This document shows positions 20,713 through 30,438 of a DNA stretch of 64,000 nucleotides, one piece after another. The stretch's first letter is position 1. The number at the start of each line of letters is the position of its first letter. The notes under the pieces are model-generated. The model was not told the DNA's origin. It made no database searches and was given only the letters and a program-made list of their open reading frames with translations. The stretch is from a virus (lineage: Duplodnaviria > Caudoviricetes): IMG/VR virus record IMGVR_UViG_3300037067_026422; one strand, given 5' to 3'. The position numbers and the translations under genes are program-made.

Positions 20713-21243
20713 TCATTTTACAAAATTTGTTCCACCAAACAAAGCATAGCAGGTAAGAACCGATGTAGCTAAACCGGCTACAAATCCTAAGTATCCGAGA
20801 TTCTTTTCAAGCCAGCTGCGTTCAGCCTTCTTATTCAGTTCCTTAATCTCTTTCTGATATAAAACTTCCGCAGATTTCGCCTTATCATAATACTCTCTCA
20901 TTAAATATTTCGAGTATATAAGTTCTTTTTGCTGGCGCTCCCACCCTGCCTTGTAAAATACATACAGAGCCCCCTTCCGGTCACTAATCACAAGACCAGC
21001 AGGCAGTCTGGTAGTATCCTTATTGATCCCTATAAGCTTCCCGCCTTCTATAGGAATAGTCTGAAAGTCCTCATAGGTGGAATCAACAACTCTGGCAGTG
21101 TCATCAAGCTTAAACGGCTGTATACTATCCAGATCCAGATATCCTGGCATGAAACTATACCCCAGAGGAGGATCATTACTAACAATTTTTGGAGTACAGG
21201 AAGCCATGAACAACAGAAAAATTCCAGTTACAATATGTTTCAT
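20713..21243 (-). CDS. Lipoprotein with C-terminal TM (spanin-like architecture)
   Basis: Lipobox-like LFMASC at residue 16, coiled-coil, hydrophobic C-terminus. Confidence 0.55.
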   Translation of the reverse strand: MKHIVTGIFLLFMASCTPKIVSNDPPLGYSFMPGYLDLDSIQPFKLDDTARVVDSTYEDFQTIPIEGGKLIGINKDTTRLPAGLVISDRKGALYVFYKAGWERQQKELIYSKYLMREYYDKAKSAEVLYQKEIKELNKKAERSWLEKNLGYLGFVAGLATSVLTCYALFGGTNFVK

Positions 21244-21250
21244 AGTAACT

Positions 21251-21637
21251 TTACCCTACCATCGATGCAAGACGTTTGCGACGTTCAGTCTTATCTTCAA
21301 TTTTCTTTACTTCCTCTAACTGTTTAACAATTTCTTCATTTTTTGTTTTAGCTGCAGATACTTCTATGGCAGTCTCCATCTGAACTTCTTCTAATCGTTC
21401 CTTGAGCTTTCCCATCTCTTTTTCAAGATCCTTATCCCCAGATTGACTACCAGAAGAAATAACTTTCCCTTTAGATCCGGAGATGATTCGGAGTATAAGA
21501 AGTGCTGCAAAGGGTGCCAGGATCAACGCATATTTCCAGTTACTTTTTACGAAAGGAGTATTCCTGAAGATGATAAAAAATATTCCTACCACAGTGATAC
21601 CTATTAAACAAGGCCATTCCCATGACATGTATACCAC
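21251..21637 (-). CDS. Membrane protein with coiled-coil C-terminus
   Basis: Two N-terminal TM segments then a charged helical tail. Confidence 0.6.
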   Translation of the reverse strand: MVYMSWEWPCLIGITVVGIFFIIFRNTPFVKSNWKYALILAPFAALLILRIISGSKGKVISSGSQSGDKDLEKEMGKLKERLEEVQMETAIEVSAAKTKNEEIVKQLEEVKKIEDKTERRKRLASMVG

Positions 21638-21729
21638 CTTTTGAGAATTTTTTTGAAATAAATAAAAAAATGTTCCTTATTCACATAGAGAACATAATTC
21701 CTGGTAAAATTATTATAAACTAAAATTTT

Positions 21730-22860
21730 TTAGTTTTCTTCCATAATCCTCTTCAACCGATCCGACCCTACTACAGAATCAGGAAGAATATTAAAGGTAG
21801 GACGAACTCTTCGGTGTATCCCCAACCATAGCTTGTTAAAATTCTTCTTATAATAATAAATCAACTCTCCAGCCAACTTTCCATAACGATCCTGCGCCGT
21901 CAGAAAAAAAGTTTTATGATCAACTTCTGCTGGCAGAATTTTCATCAATTCTTCATAGGTATCTTTCACCTTATTAAAAGGGTCATGGTGGAGGTCATAG
22001 ATTTGATGATATAAAGTATTCGTCATCTCACGAAACTCCTCCGGGATCCCCATCAAAAAATCTTTAGGGATATCCATTGCTTCTAAATCCCAAGCACCCC
22101 AAAATGCCAAAGGAGTCATATGGGACAATATCCGATGAATCTTACAATATTCATCCCCTTTGACTTTTATTTTAAAACCATTATGAAACGTTACTACAAA
22201 ACCTTCTTCAGTACATGGAAGCTTTTTGCAGTACTCATAGAGCTCATCAAGATCCCGAAACTCCACTGCCTCAACCACCGTAGCTCCGATTCTCTCTCCT
22301 TCGATTTTCATAGAAGCATAGGGCATTTCATTTCCAGTAGTGTTCTCGATGATCCCAAGCAAAACCATATCTTCACGATCTCCGTAATCTACCACAATCT
22401 TATTTTCTGGATAGATGATTTCAAAAAGATAAGAGTATCCTGGCAATATTTCCTGGTGTTTTATATGCTCCCGAAACCACTTTGTAGCCCATGCTGCCTG
22501 TTCTGATTCAAAAGACCCTTTAGTGGCTACATGCCATTGATTTTTGTATTTGAATAATAACCCAAGCGAGCCATCAATCTTGGTAAGCGTCAAGAAAGGT
22601 TTTCTGGCAAGCTCATAAAGATTGATCTTGCCCACAAGCTCAGATGCATTATGAAATTTTTGAAAAGGACGGCAAAGTACCTCTCCAGTAACTTTATTAA
22701 AAATGATTCCCCGGGCAGCACGGGTGACTTCATCCCAAAGACCCTCGTATTGACACTCTCTGGAATAGCAAAACAAAACAAGATCTTCCCATTCCTTGTG
22801 GGTGACCTGGGGATGCTCATAAAATTCTTTCAACAAAGGTAATGTAGTCATTTTGTCCAA
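21730..22860 (-). CDS. T4 Rnl1-like RNA ligase
   Basis: ARGIIF, RPFQKFHN, KIDGSL (motif I), FEII, EGFVV, KVK. Confidence 0.9.
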   Translation of the reverse strand: MDKMTTLPLLKEFYEHPQVTHKEWEDLVLFCYSRECQYEGLWDEVTRAARGIIFNKVTGEVLCRPFQKFHNASELVGKINLYELARKPFLTLTKIDGSLGLLFKYKNQWHVATKGSFESEQAAWATKWFREHIKHQEILPGYSYLFEIIYPENKIVVDYGDREDMVLLGIIENTTGNEMPYASMKIEGERIGATVVEAVEFRDLDELYEYCKKLPCTEEGFVVTFHNGFKIKVKGDEYCKIHRILSHMTPLAFWGAWDLEAMDIPKDFLMGIPEEFREMTNTLYHQIYDLHHDPFNKVKDTYEELMKILPAEVDHKTFFLTAQDRYGKLAGELIYYYKKNFNKLWLGIHRRVRPTFNILPDSVVGSDRLKRIMEEN

Positions 22861-23435
22861 AACTCCGGATGATCAAAAAGTATTTTGGAGATTTCCGGGA
22901 ATTCATTAATCAAAAGAGGTATCTCCACCATTTTACCAAGATAAATCGAGCGGATCAAAATACCAAGAGTCCGTATTTTATTTTTTACCATAATATCCCA
23001 GTTCTTTTCAAAATAATCATACTCCTGATCAGTAAATATTTTATCCACAGCTATAACTTTGTTAGTCCCATCCAAATAAGTTACACTCTGGTTGATCCCT
23101 GTAGCTAATTTACAATCAGTAGTTCTGATTCCTTGGGTATCACTGATATGCAACTCCCGAATAATGTCTAGCACACCCCCCGGAGTCAAAGAAGACATCT
23201 CAGAAAAAGTTATTGCCTTATACTGCCTAAAGATTTCAAGATCAAAAGAACTAAACTCTTTTATACGAGAGCCATTCTTACCAAATATCAGGATAGCAGC
23301 ATGATAGTTGAACTCGTCTTTTTCAAAAGAAATATCCATACTATACCTTATTAGAATTATTTCTTTGATAAATATGATTACATGTCTTGCAGTATGATGA
23401 GGGGATATGTTCATCCTTTTTATTCCAGCTATCAA
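22848..23435 (-). CDS. Hypothetical protein (start probably MDISF at 23339)
   Basis: ORF with IPLLINE motif near C-terminus; 5' part overlaps 23341..23598. Confidence 0.5.
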   Translation of the reverse strand: MIAGIKRMNISPHHTARHVIIFIKEIILIRYSMDISFEKDEFNYHAAILIFGKNGSRIKEFSSFDLEIFRQYKAITFSEMSSLTPGGVLDIIRELHISDTQGIRTTDCKLATGINQSVTYLDGTNKVIAVDKIFTDQEYDYFEKNWDIMVKNKIRTLGILIRSIYLGKMVEIPLLINEFPEISKILFDHPEFWTK

Positions 23436-23598
23436 GAGGAATTTTGGTAGTCATAACTTTGCTATTTCCACATAATGCTGGACGTGCTGTATCTCCACTC
23501 TCCGAAAGATGATAGCGCCATACACCTTCAACACCCTCAACTATTTTTAAAGAATTAGGTTCAGCTTTTTTATAATTTAATTCTGCATGTCTACCCAT
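23341..23598 (-). CDS. Small hypothetical protein
   Basis: 85 aa; YH...ALCG...W...CKTC. Confidence 0.55.
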   Translation of the reverse strand: MGRHAELNYKKAEPNSLKIVEGVEGVWRYHLSESGDTARPALCGNSKVMTTKIPLDSWNKKDEHIPSSYCKTCNHIYQRNNSNKV

Positions 23599-23602
23599 TA
23601 TA

Positions 23603-23881
23603 CTATCTCTTCTTCTTTTTCTTCATGCATACTCCAAAACTTCCTCTGCCCCTGACCCACTTTATCCATTTCTGGACTGCCGGATGAACACGGAGCTTAT
23701 CCATAGTATTATACAGATCCCGAAGCTCATTATTCGAAAAAAGCTGGTGGATCTGATCCCCGCAATCAATGCATACAATTTCAGCATTTTTACCCCCCTT
23801 TGCTGCTGGCACCAGATGATGCTTTTCCATATAGGATTTATGTGGGACATTTCTTCCACATAATGAGCACCTATCACCCAT
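23603..23881 (-). CDS. HNH nuclease-like small protein
   Basis: CSLCGR, HHLVP..KGG, CIDC..QIH.LFSN.EL. Confidence 0.8.
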   Translation of the reverse strand: MGDRCSLCGRNVPHKSYMEKHHLVPAAKGGKNAEIVCIDCGDQIHQLFSNNELRDLYNTMDKLRVHPAVQKWIKWVRGRGSFGVCMKKKKKR

Positions 23882-23939
23882 ATCAGTATTCTTTACTATT
23901 ATACTTTTTTAGAACCAATATTTTAAGCACTATCGCAAA

Positions 23940-24476
23940 TTATTCAGAGAAAAGAAATTTCTTCAAGTTTTCAGAATGCTTAAATACAAAAGGGTCTGCA
24001 TAGAACATCTCTGTTTGTATGCTCCTATAAAGGTATAGATTTACCTTAAGAGTATAGAAATTCTCTGTATAGCGGATATTTTTCAAAATGACCTTTTTTA
24101 GCTCTGCTGATTTACTCTTATTCAAGGCAATCAAAGTGTCCCTCGTCCAACTGATTGTATGCTCATCTCGAAGCCTCTTAAAAATACTGATGAACAACAA
24201 CTTTTCAGATTTTGATATGACATCCTCAGGGCTATACATATTGGAGAATAAATACAGGAACCATCTGTATGTCCCGCATATAAGATCAGGGGGAATATAA
24301 TCAGGAGTATTATCATCCAGACTACAATGTAGTTTGGTTTTTGATAACTCTATAAGCATTATAATTTTATCCTGCTTAGTCACTACCACAACCTTTAGGT
24401 TTATATATACCCTTTTCCCGTACCACTTTATCATAGTAATAAACAGGAGGAACTCCCTGAACTTCCATACCATCAT
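23940..24476 (-). CDS. Hypothetical protein (true start probably internal, ~24359)
   Basis: ORF fills gap; 5' end overlaps radical SAM gene. Confidence 0.45.
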   Translation of the reverse strand: MMVWKFREFLLFITMIKWYGKRVYINLKVVVVTKQDKIIMLIELSKTKLHCSLDDNTPDYIPPDLICGTYRWFLYLFSNMYSPEDVISKSEKLLFISIFKRLRDEHTISWTRDTLIALNKSKSAELKKVILKNIRYTENFYTLKVNLYLYRSIQTEMFYADPFVFKHSENLKKFLFSE

Positions 24477-25257
24477 CTTTGGCGATTACCCTGTAATCTG
24501 GATTGTATTCATTTTTGGCGATGTCCCCAACAATCTTCATATCCTCAAAACAAGCTAAGATTTTTCCGCCGAGAGTATGTCCCCCTATTAGTATAGTCTT
24601 ATATCCCTTACAACAAGTACAAAGATCCCCAAATTTCTTATACTCGAAATCTACAAAATTCCAATCCTCGATATCATAGGTACGTGCTTCTGTATTATCT
24701 TTACCCCGGTCATACCCCTTGAAATCCTGTACTTTAAAATCTATCCCACGAACCTTCCATATCCGTTTATGATCTCTTACAATTTTTCGTTCTCCAGGGA
24801 AGAGCAGCTCTTTCACATATACGTTGATACCATTTTCATGCAGATATAAGACATTATCCTCATACTTTTTCACGAGTTCAGGGATATGCCCTATCATTCT
24901 ACGGTGAAAAGTAAAACCTACCCGATGTATTCTATCTTTATATGGTAGAATCCGGGCATAATTCTCACGCTTTTGAAGACCATTAGTCAAAAAATCAAAA
25001 TGTTCAAGTGAGGTAGATCTTATCACAGTACAGATAGTATTAATATTGGTATCCATGAATGGTTCGCCACCATGGAAATGCATCCTGATATCCTCTGCAT
25101 CACCCAAATGAGTAATACGAAAAATATTATATTGATCTATCGTGAAAGATTGATGCTTGGTATAGTTGGAAATAAAACGCTCATAATGAAAACAATAACT
25201 GCATCGAAGATTACACTCAAAAGGGATAGGATAGGCTATATAGTATTTCATGATCAT
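24376..25257 (-). CDS. Radical SAM protein
   Basis: CNLRCSYC (CxxxCxxC), FHGGEP, TNG; Cys-containing C-terminus. Confidence 0.88.
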   Translation of the reverse strand: MIMKYYIAYPIPFECNLRCSYCFHYERFISNYTKHQSFTIDQYNIFRITHLGDAEDIRMHFHGGEPFMDTNINTICTVIRSTSLEHFDFLTNGLQKRENYARILPYKDRIHRVGFTFHRRMIGHIPELVKKYEDNVLYLHENGINVYVKELLFPGERKIVRDHKRIWKVRGIDFKVQDFKGYDRGKDNTEARTYDIEDWNFVDFEYKKFGDLCTCCKGYKTILIGGHTLGGKILACFEDMKIVGDIAKNEYNPDYRVIAKDDGMEVQGVPPVYYYDKVVREKGIYKPKGCGSD

Positions 25258-25298
25258 TTATTTCCATATTTTTTCTTATATAAGAAAAATTCCTGCCT

Positions 25299-26591
25299 CT
25301 AATCCATTTCAAAACTGGTTATATCCAGGTCATCTTTCCAGGGTAACAACTGCGCTCTATTTTTTTGACGTTTCAGTACCCTTAATGATCTGAGACAAGT
25401 CTGTCGTATGCCTTCAGTGGTAGTCTTAAGATTTTCACCTATCTCCGATAACGTTTTAATTCTACCATCATCAAGTCCATACCTCATTAATATCGCTTGT
25501 CGCTCTTTTACACGAAGGGTACTCAGCAGTATATTTATCTTATCACGCAAAGCTTCAAAAGACAACCTATCTAATGTATTCTCAACGGATATGTCTTCAA
25601 TAAGATCACTCAAGGTAGAATCACTCTCAAGAGTTGTTTCCATGTCCAAATATACCATGTTTATAGAACACTCATAAGCTTTCAGGACTTTATCTACTGA
25701 TATACCTATTCCAGAAGCTATCTCTTCGATTGATGGATTTCTACCATGTGTACTGCGGTAAGAATTTATATAATGATCCATATGATGCATAATCCCAGCA
25801 ATATTAGTAGGAATTCTGATCGTTCTTGATCTTTCATTTAGTGCCCGGGTAATAGACTGCTTCACCCACCATGTAGCATATGTACTGAATTTATATCCTT
25901 TTTTATAATCAAAGTTTTCAGCAGCTTTTATAAGCCCACGATTACCTTCCTGAATAAGATCTGCTATTTCCATTCCATTGTTTTGATAACGTTTGGATAT
26001 GGTAACAACTAATCTAATATTAGCTTCTATGAGTTTGGATCTGGCAGTATTGTACAAATTTTCAGAATCATATAAAAAATCAAGCCCTTCAACATTTCCA
26101 ACTCGGATAAGCCCCTTTTTATGTATACTCAGAATATCGCTTACCCAGCTATTGTTAAAGTGTATCAATCGACAAAGACCCACGTAATTATCTTCAGCAT
26201 CTCTTATGAAAGATGCAAATTTTTCACTCTTCTTTTTAGGGAGCTGCTTACGTAAAGAAATAAGCTTGTCTTGCTCGGAGATTATTAAATGAATACGGTC
26301 TATGAATTCTTTTTGCTGCTGGCCTACCTCAGAAGATGTCCCATCTACCCGAACAATATCCCTAAAACTAATCTTACCCTCATTTATTTTTTCAAGAATA
26401 TTTGTAAAGATATTAAAGGTAAGTGGATCTCTAAAAGCCTTATCCAACATCTCCAGCTGAGCATAGCGCATTAAAATCGCTTGCTGAGCCTCCTCTCCCT
26501 TATTTATAAGGGAATACTTTTTAAGGCCATTTAAGTATATCTGGGTAGAATTATTACTGTCTATTTTTAGGCTCTTATGGTATAAATTCAT
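25299..26591 (-). CDS. RpoD-like (group 1/2) sigma-70 factor
   Basis: [41 protein letters not shown], region 4 TLSEIG. Confidence 0.92.
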   Translation of the reverse strand: MNLYHKSLKIDSNNSTQIYLNGLKKYSLINKGEEAQQAILMRYAQLEMLDKAFRDPLTFNIFTNILEKINEGKISFRDIVRVDGTSSEVGQQQKEFIDRIHLIISEQDKLISLRKQLPKKKSEKFASFIRDAEDNYVGLCRLIHFNNSWVSDILSIHKKGLIRVGNVEGLDFLYDSENLYNTARSKLIEANIRLVVTISKRYQNNGMEIADLIQEGNRGLIKAAENFDYKKGYKFSTYATWWVKQSITRALNERSRTIRIPTNIAGIMHHMDHYINSYRSTHGRNPSIEEIASGIGISVDKVLKAYECSINMVYLDMETTLESDSTLSDLIEDISVENTLDRLSFEALRDKINILLSTLRVKERQAILMRYGLDDGRIKTLSEIGENLKTTTEGIRQTCLRSLRVLKRQKNRAQLLPWKDDLDITSFEMD

Positions 26592-26621
26592 AGCTCACTA
26601 TAAATCTACATTTTACACCAT

Positions 26622-27260
26622 TTACCCACAAGAAGCAATATTAAAATCATTTAAAGAAATAAGATAATTTTCTTTATTCCCTGTTCTGATGTATCTAATA
26701 ATAGACTCAGTACCTACCACTACAGCTAACAGGGCTATATTTCGAGCAAGAGGATACTCACAAACATCAAGACCTGTAGATTTACTTGGAACCCGATATC
26801 GTTCATTCCAGGTTACTTCTGCACAATCCTGTGCCAAACCAATATGCAGACAATCAATTTTATTGTCTCGACAGTAATCAGTCACGATTTTTCGGCTTTC
26901 AGAATTATCAAACCCATCTACTACAATAGTTCCGGGTTTTAACAGCTTCTTTACATTGGCTGCAGTAAGCTCCTGGGAGATTGAATCAATAGATATCTTC
27001 ATGGCAAAAAACAGATAATTTTTAAGTGCTGCGGTTTTGAGTTGACCCACATCCCGACTGGTCCATATCTGATTGTTCCGATTATGATCAGCCACACGAT
27101 CCATGTCAATCACCGTGAGCTTCTGAAAACCCTGCCTGACCAGATTATTGGCAAGATTTGAACCTATAGCTCCGACACCACACAACGTAATGGGTTGTGC
27201 TGCAAGTTTTTTCAGAAGATCCACCCCACGGTAGACCTCTTCATGTACAAAAGTTTTCAT
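26622..27260 (-). CDS. ThiF/E1-like adenylyltransferase
   Basis: CGVGAIGS, IDMDRV..HN..NQ, VDGFDN, C-terminal DVCEYP (candidate catalytic Cys). Confidence 0.9.
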   Translation of the reverse strand: MKTFVHEEVYRGVDLLKKLAAQPITLCGVGAIGSNLANNLVRQGFQKLTVIDMDRVADHNRNNQIWTSRDVGQLKTAALKNYLFFAMKISIDSISQELTAANVKKLLKPGTIVVDGFDNSESRKIVTDYCRDNKIDCLHIGLAQDCAEVTWNERYRVPSKSTGLDVCEYPLARNIALLAVVVGTESIIRYIRTGNKENYLISLNDFNIASCG

Positions 27261-27460
27261 AGATTCTCTTCAATCATTTTTTTTGTCTGTTCTTGCTCTG
27301 AATAAAGCATAAGAGAACACAAGTTAAAATCTTCTTTTTGTCTGTTCATTGAAGCATCAAACCAGCTACACTGACCTACATGATAACCTATCGTATCTAA
27401 GGTCATTTTAGGTCCTCCAGATTTCAATTGTACAACATCACCTTGCTTTAAATCTGACAT
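27257..27460 (-). CDS. YodC/DUF2158-like small protein
   Basis: GDVVQLKSGGPKMT..C.WF signature; ATG at 27460. Confidence 0.8.
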   Translation of the reverse strand: MSDLKQGDVVQLKSGGPKMTLDTIGYHVGQCSWFDASMNRQKEDFNLCSLMLYSEQEQTKKMIEENL

Positions 27461-27595
27461 AAAACCTTTTCCTTCAAAGTTATACAAGCTTAACTTCATA
27501 TGGTTGATAACGGGCACCGTAGAGTCCCGTAAGAAATCGAGTCAATATATTCCTATCTCCCCAATATACTATTTTATAATGAGAGATGTAAAATT

Positions 27596-27970
27596 TTACT
27601 GCTTATCCCAAGATATTCTTACCCAGTAATATGTCGGTTGCTCTTCAGTAGTTTCTTCTCTTACGGGAGTATGACTCGTTATTTCGGTAGTATATCCATT
27701 ACTCTCTACCGCTTTAGCAACAACCATTGCCTGGCAGAGAGCATACTCATCCGAGTCCTCACAAGAATAAAGTACCCTATTCTCTTTGTTAAGGATAGCT
27801 TTTTTAATATTTTCTTCTATGCCCTTTAAAGTTACTGACAAGCGTTTTTCTAACCTTTCCTTATATCCTTCCATGTATTCTTTATGGGCCCTTTCCCTTT
27901 TAGCACTCTCGATGTCTTGTTCGTTTTGAGCTAATTTTGCAAGAACATTCGCTTCTTTAGCTGATAGCAT
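27596..27970 (-). CDS. Hypothetical protein
   Basis: MLSAKEA start after GGAGG RBS; upstream part of the ORF-track call is a terminator. Confidence 0.65.
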   Translation of the reverse strand: MLSAKEANVLAKLAQNEQDIESAKRERAHKEYMEGYKERLEKRLSVTLKGIEENIKKAILNKENRVLYSCEDSDEYALCQAMVVAKAVESNGYTTEITSHTPVREETTEEQPTYYWVRISWDKQ

Positions 27971-27982
27971 AAAAACCTCCAC

Positions 27983-28019
27983 ATAATAAAAGAGGGACCC
28001 CTTTACCCGGAGGCCCCTC
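27983..28019 (-). terminator. Rho-independent terminator closing the 28444 gene + tRNA-mimic transcript
   Basis: Minus strand GAGGGGCCTC-loop-GGGGTCCCTC followed by TTTTATTAT. Confidence 0.7.
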
Positions 28020-28065
28020 AAGTAAATTATCTTTGCAGAGGCATACGCCCCTACTGTGATAGTTT

Positions 28066-28229
28066 AATGATCAAGAATCAATAACCATCGCCACTTATAA
28101 TAATTCTCCCCCTCTACCGACTGAGGTACAGACCCTCTTAATCCTTTTGTGGTAAGGACTTAGAGGGTCTGAGCGGAATTGAACCGCTGACCGGAGTTTG
28201 CTATGGCTCCCTATCAATTTTTGATCATT
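28066..28229 (-). ncRNA. Circularly permuted tRNA-like RNA B (YrlA Y RNA-like)
   Basis: Minus strand order: CTCC-GGTC-T arm AGCGG TTCAATT CCGCT-acceptor CAGACCC...GGGTCTG closed by a hairpin-TA-D arm CCTC AGTCGGTA GAGG-GGAG; outer stem AATGATCAA/TTGATCATT. Confidence 0.75.
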
Positions 28230-28306
28230 CTCATGTTTTGAGTCTGGGACAATCAAAACACTAACACAAAATTTTAAACTGGTACGCAAAAAGATAAAAA
28301 TAAGAT

Positions 28307-28419
28307 CTTTTGTTTATACTCTAAATGCTCTCCCAATCTGAGCTACAATCCCCATATATTTTATAGGGGGGAAAGGAGGGAATCGAACCCCCGACCTTTA
28401 GTTATTAGCATAACAAAAG
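28307..28419 (-). ncRNA. Circularly permuted tRNA-like RNA A (YrlA Y RNA-like)
   Basis: Minus strand: CTAAA-GGTC-GGGGG TTCGATT CCCTC-CTTTCCCC...GGGGATTG-TA-GCTC AGATTGGGA GAGC-A-TTTAG; outer stem CTTTTGTT/AACAAAAG. Confidence 0.75.
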
Positions 28420-28443
28420 CTTTTTAAAGTAATAACTCAGGAC

Positions 28444-29214
28444 TTACTTTACTGTAAACCCTTCGTTAATATAATTGAAAAATGTTTGTCCAACTTTAAC
28501 TGCTTCAACTTCCTGTGCATTTGCTCTCGCTCGAGCAATCTTTACTCCTGCAATCAAACGATCGATACGATTAAGAATCTGACTCTTCTGCTTTGGTGAT
28601 AATGCTCCGCATGCAAAAGTTGAGGTCCAGGTACCGACTGGCTCATCACTCTGAACAATTTCTGTCTGAGCCTGAAATTTATCTGTAGCCTCAGCCTTTG
28701 TAATTACAATGGGGGTTTTCTTTGTCCGCACACGTTCAATTGGAGCTGACTTCCAAATCCCTACCTTTGTGGGATCAAGAGTCCAGACTTTTGCCGGATC
28801 AAGTGTCGGAATTTCCCCATAAACCTTTCGGATGCGCTCCAACACGGATTCCATCTGCACCAGGAATGTTACGGGGGCATTCTCAAGAATGGTCTGTGTG
28901 GTACCATCCGGAAGCTCCACTATAATGTCAGCTCTGGCATTTTGATTCGCCCGTTCCTTCTGGATCTCAATATCCATAAACCGAACAATATGCTCCTGTG
29001 CATAATCAAGCTTATCCTGAACAGTCGTGACCATCGGGGTAAATTCTTCATCGGGGCGGTCCTTATCCTCTTCACGAAAAGGACTATAGCTTTTTCTAGA
29101 TTCCAGAAAATGAGCTGAACGTTGATTAAATGTTTTTGAAGTCTCTTCAAGAATCTTAGCAAAAACATCCTTGGCTTCTTTTTCCACGGCTAAAAGCTCA
29201 TGAAGTAATCCCAT
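28444..29214 (-). CDS. Conserved uncharacterised helical protein directly upstream of the permuted tRNA-like RNAs
   Basis: 256 aa; LHELLAVE, ARADI, IPTLDP, RTKK, EATDKF.AQ, GTW, ARARAN motifs of a widespread bacterial/phage family. Confidence 0.75.
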   Translation of the reverse strand: MGLLHELLAVEKEAKDVFAKILEETSKTFNQRSAHFLESRKSYSPFREEDKDRPDEEFTPMVTTVQDKLDYAQEHIVRFMDIEIQKERANQNARADIIVELPDGTTQTILENAPVTFLVQMESVLERIRKVYGEIPTLDPAKVWTLDPTKVGIWKSAPIERVRTKKTPIVITKAEATDKFQAQTEIVQSDEPVGTWTSTFACGALSPKQKSQILNRIDRLIAGVKIARARANAQEVEAVKVGQTFFNYINEGFTVK

Positions 29215-29223
29215 AAAACCCCC

Positions 29224-29657
29224 CTATATATAAGATGATATCCAATAGATATCTATTAATATATATAGGGCAACAAAGTATAGGCAAATATAAAATATTT
29301 TATTTTTATCACTTCCACTTCTATCATGCCCTACTTTAAGGATGACTTGATTTATACTATAAATTCCTGCTACCCCTACAGCTCCTGCTACTGCTATGCC
29401 TCCTGCTCCTGCTACAGCTACTGCTACTATCATAACCTATTCTAATAATGGCTTGATTCATATTATTTACTACAGCTCCCACTCTCACTCCTACTTTTGC
29501 TACAGCCCCAGCTCCTGCTCCAGCTACTGCTTCGGCTACCGATCCTGCTACCACTACTACTAACCCTACGGCTACAACCTCTACTCCAACTCCTGCTATA
29601 GCTACCACTCCCGCCACAGCTACTATTATAACTTACTCTAAGTATGGCTTGATTCAT
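29224..29657 (-). repeat. Tandem array of three MNQAIL-leader Ser/Arg-rich micro-ORFs (29463..29657, 29357..29461, degenerate 29224..29355)
   Basis: Shared start ATGAATCAAGCCAT.../ATAAATCAAGTCAT; units joined stop-1 nt-start; bodies of AGN/NGN codons. Confidence 0.7.
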
Positions 29658-29685
29658 ATAGAAATTATGTCTCTTTTTAAATTAT

Positions 29686-29943
29686 CTATACATTTGGCAA
29701 AAATTCAACTATCTCTGTATCCGTATCAATCACACAAGTACAATCTTTTATGGCAGGATCACTTATTAGTCCTATTGTAATAATATCATGTCTCAGTCTC
29801 TCTAATTTAGAACTTATGTCCTCTACAGGAATAACAATTCTATTCATGTCTACATCTTCACAAATAGATCCATTTAAAGCCTTAAGCACCTCATTATAAT
29901 CACGAATGAGTTTTTTTCTCAAAACATTGAAATCTACTTCCAT
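29686..29943 (-). CDS. Hypothetical protein
   Basis: 85 aa ORF translationally coupled to 29943..30269. Confidence 0.55.
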   Translation of the reverse strand: MEVDFNVLRKKLIRDYNEVLKALNGSICEDVDMNRIVIPVEDISSKLERLRHDIITIGLISDPAIKDCTCVIDTDTEIVEFLPNV

Positions 29944-30269
29944 TATTTATCCGTTTTTCCAGGCAACTTTTTATTCATATTAACTATCTCTACTGATATT
30001 GACTTTACTTTCTTACCTCGTATCATTACAGGTATTTTCTTTTTAAGTTCACTCATTTCTATAAGAACAGTCTGACGACCAATATATATAGCTTTCTCGG
30101 TATCAAACTCAATAATAACACGCAAAAGCTTTCTAACCTCTGGCTTTCGTTTCTTTTGAGATTCCATTACATAATCATGCAATTCATGAAATTCCGAGGC
30201 AGAAAAATATGGTGTACCCGGAGCTATCAATCTTTTTACTAATTCTTTAAATCGATTATCCATGATCAA
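29943..30269 (-). CDS. Hypothetical protein
   Basis: 108 aa basic ORF with RBS. Confidence 0.55.
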   Translation of the reverse strand: MIMDNRFKELVKRLIAPGTPYFSASEFHELHDYVMESQKKRKPEVRKLLRVIIEFDTEKAIYIGRQTVLIEMSELKKKIPVMIRGKKVKSISVEIVNMNKKLPGKTDK

Positions 30270-30281
30270 TCCTTAATAAGA

Positions 30282-30372
30282 GGGGAGCCGATAGGACGCT
30301 CCAACTCTGTGCTCTATCAAAAATAGAACGCATGGGCACTGCTTCCGCTACATGCACGCCTACCAGCTTCCC
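30282..30372 (-). ncRNA. Putative structured RNA element
   Basis: GC-rich intergenic island; outer stem GGGAAGCTGGTAGG/CCTATCGGCTCCCC, inner GCATG/CATGC and GTTCTAT/ATAGAGC. Confidence 0.4.
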
Positions 30373-30438
30373 ATTATCTAAAAAATTTTGCTGTTTTAGA
30401 AGTATAAAAAAGTTTTCTATCAAACTCTTTACTTAAAA

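Noticed and set aside
28095-28289. 64-aa ORF
   Set aside because: Overlaps permuted tRNA-like RNA B, whose base pairing explains the sequence.
28100-28400. Canonical or intron-containing tRNA genes
   Set aside because: Acceptor strands pair only in the permuted order within each domain, and no anticodon loop can be formed.
30282-30372. SRP RNA or c-di-GMP-II riboswitch
   Set aside because: Only short motifs (GGAAGCAG, GGGCAC) match; the diagnostic surrounding structure is missing.
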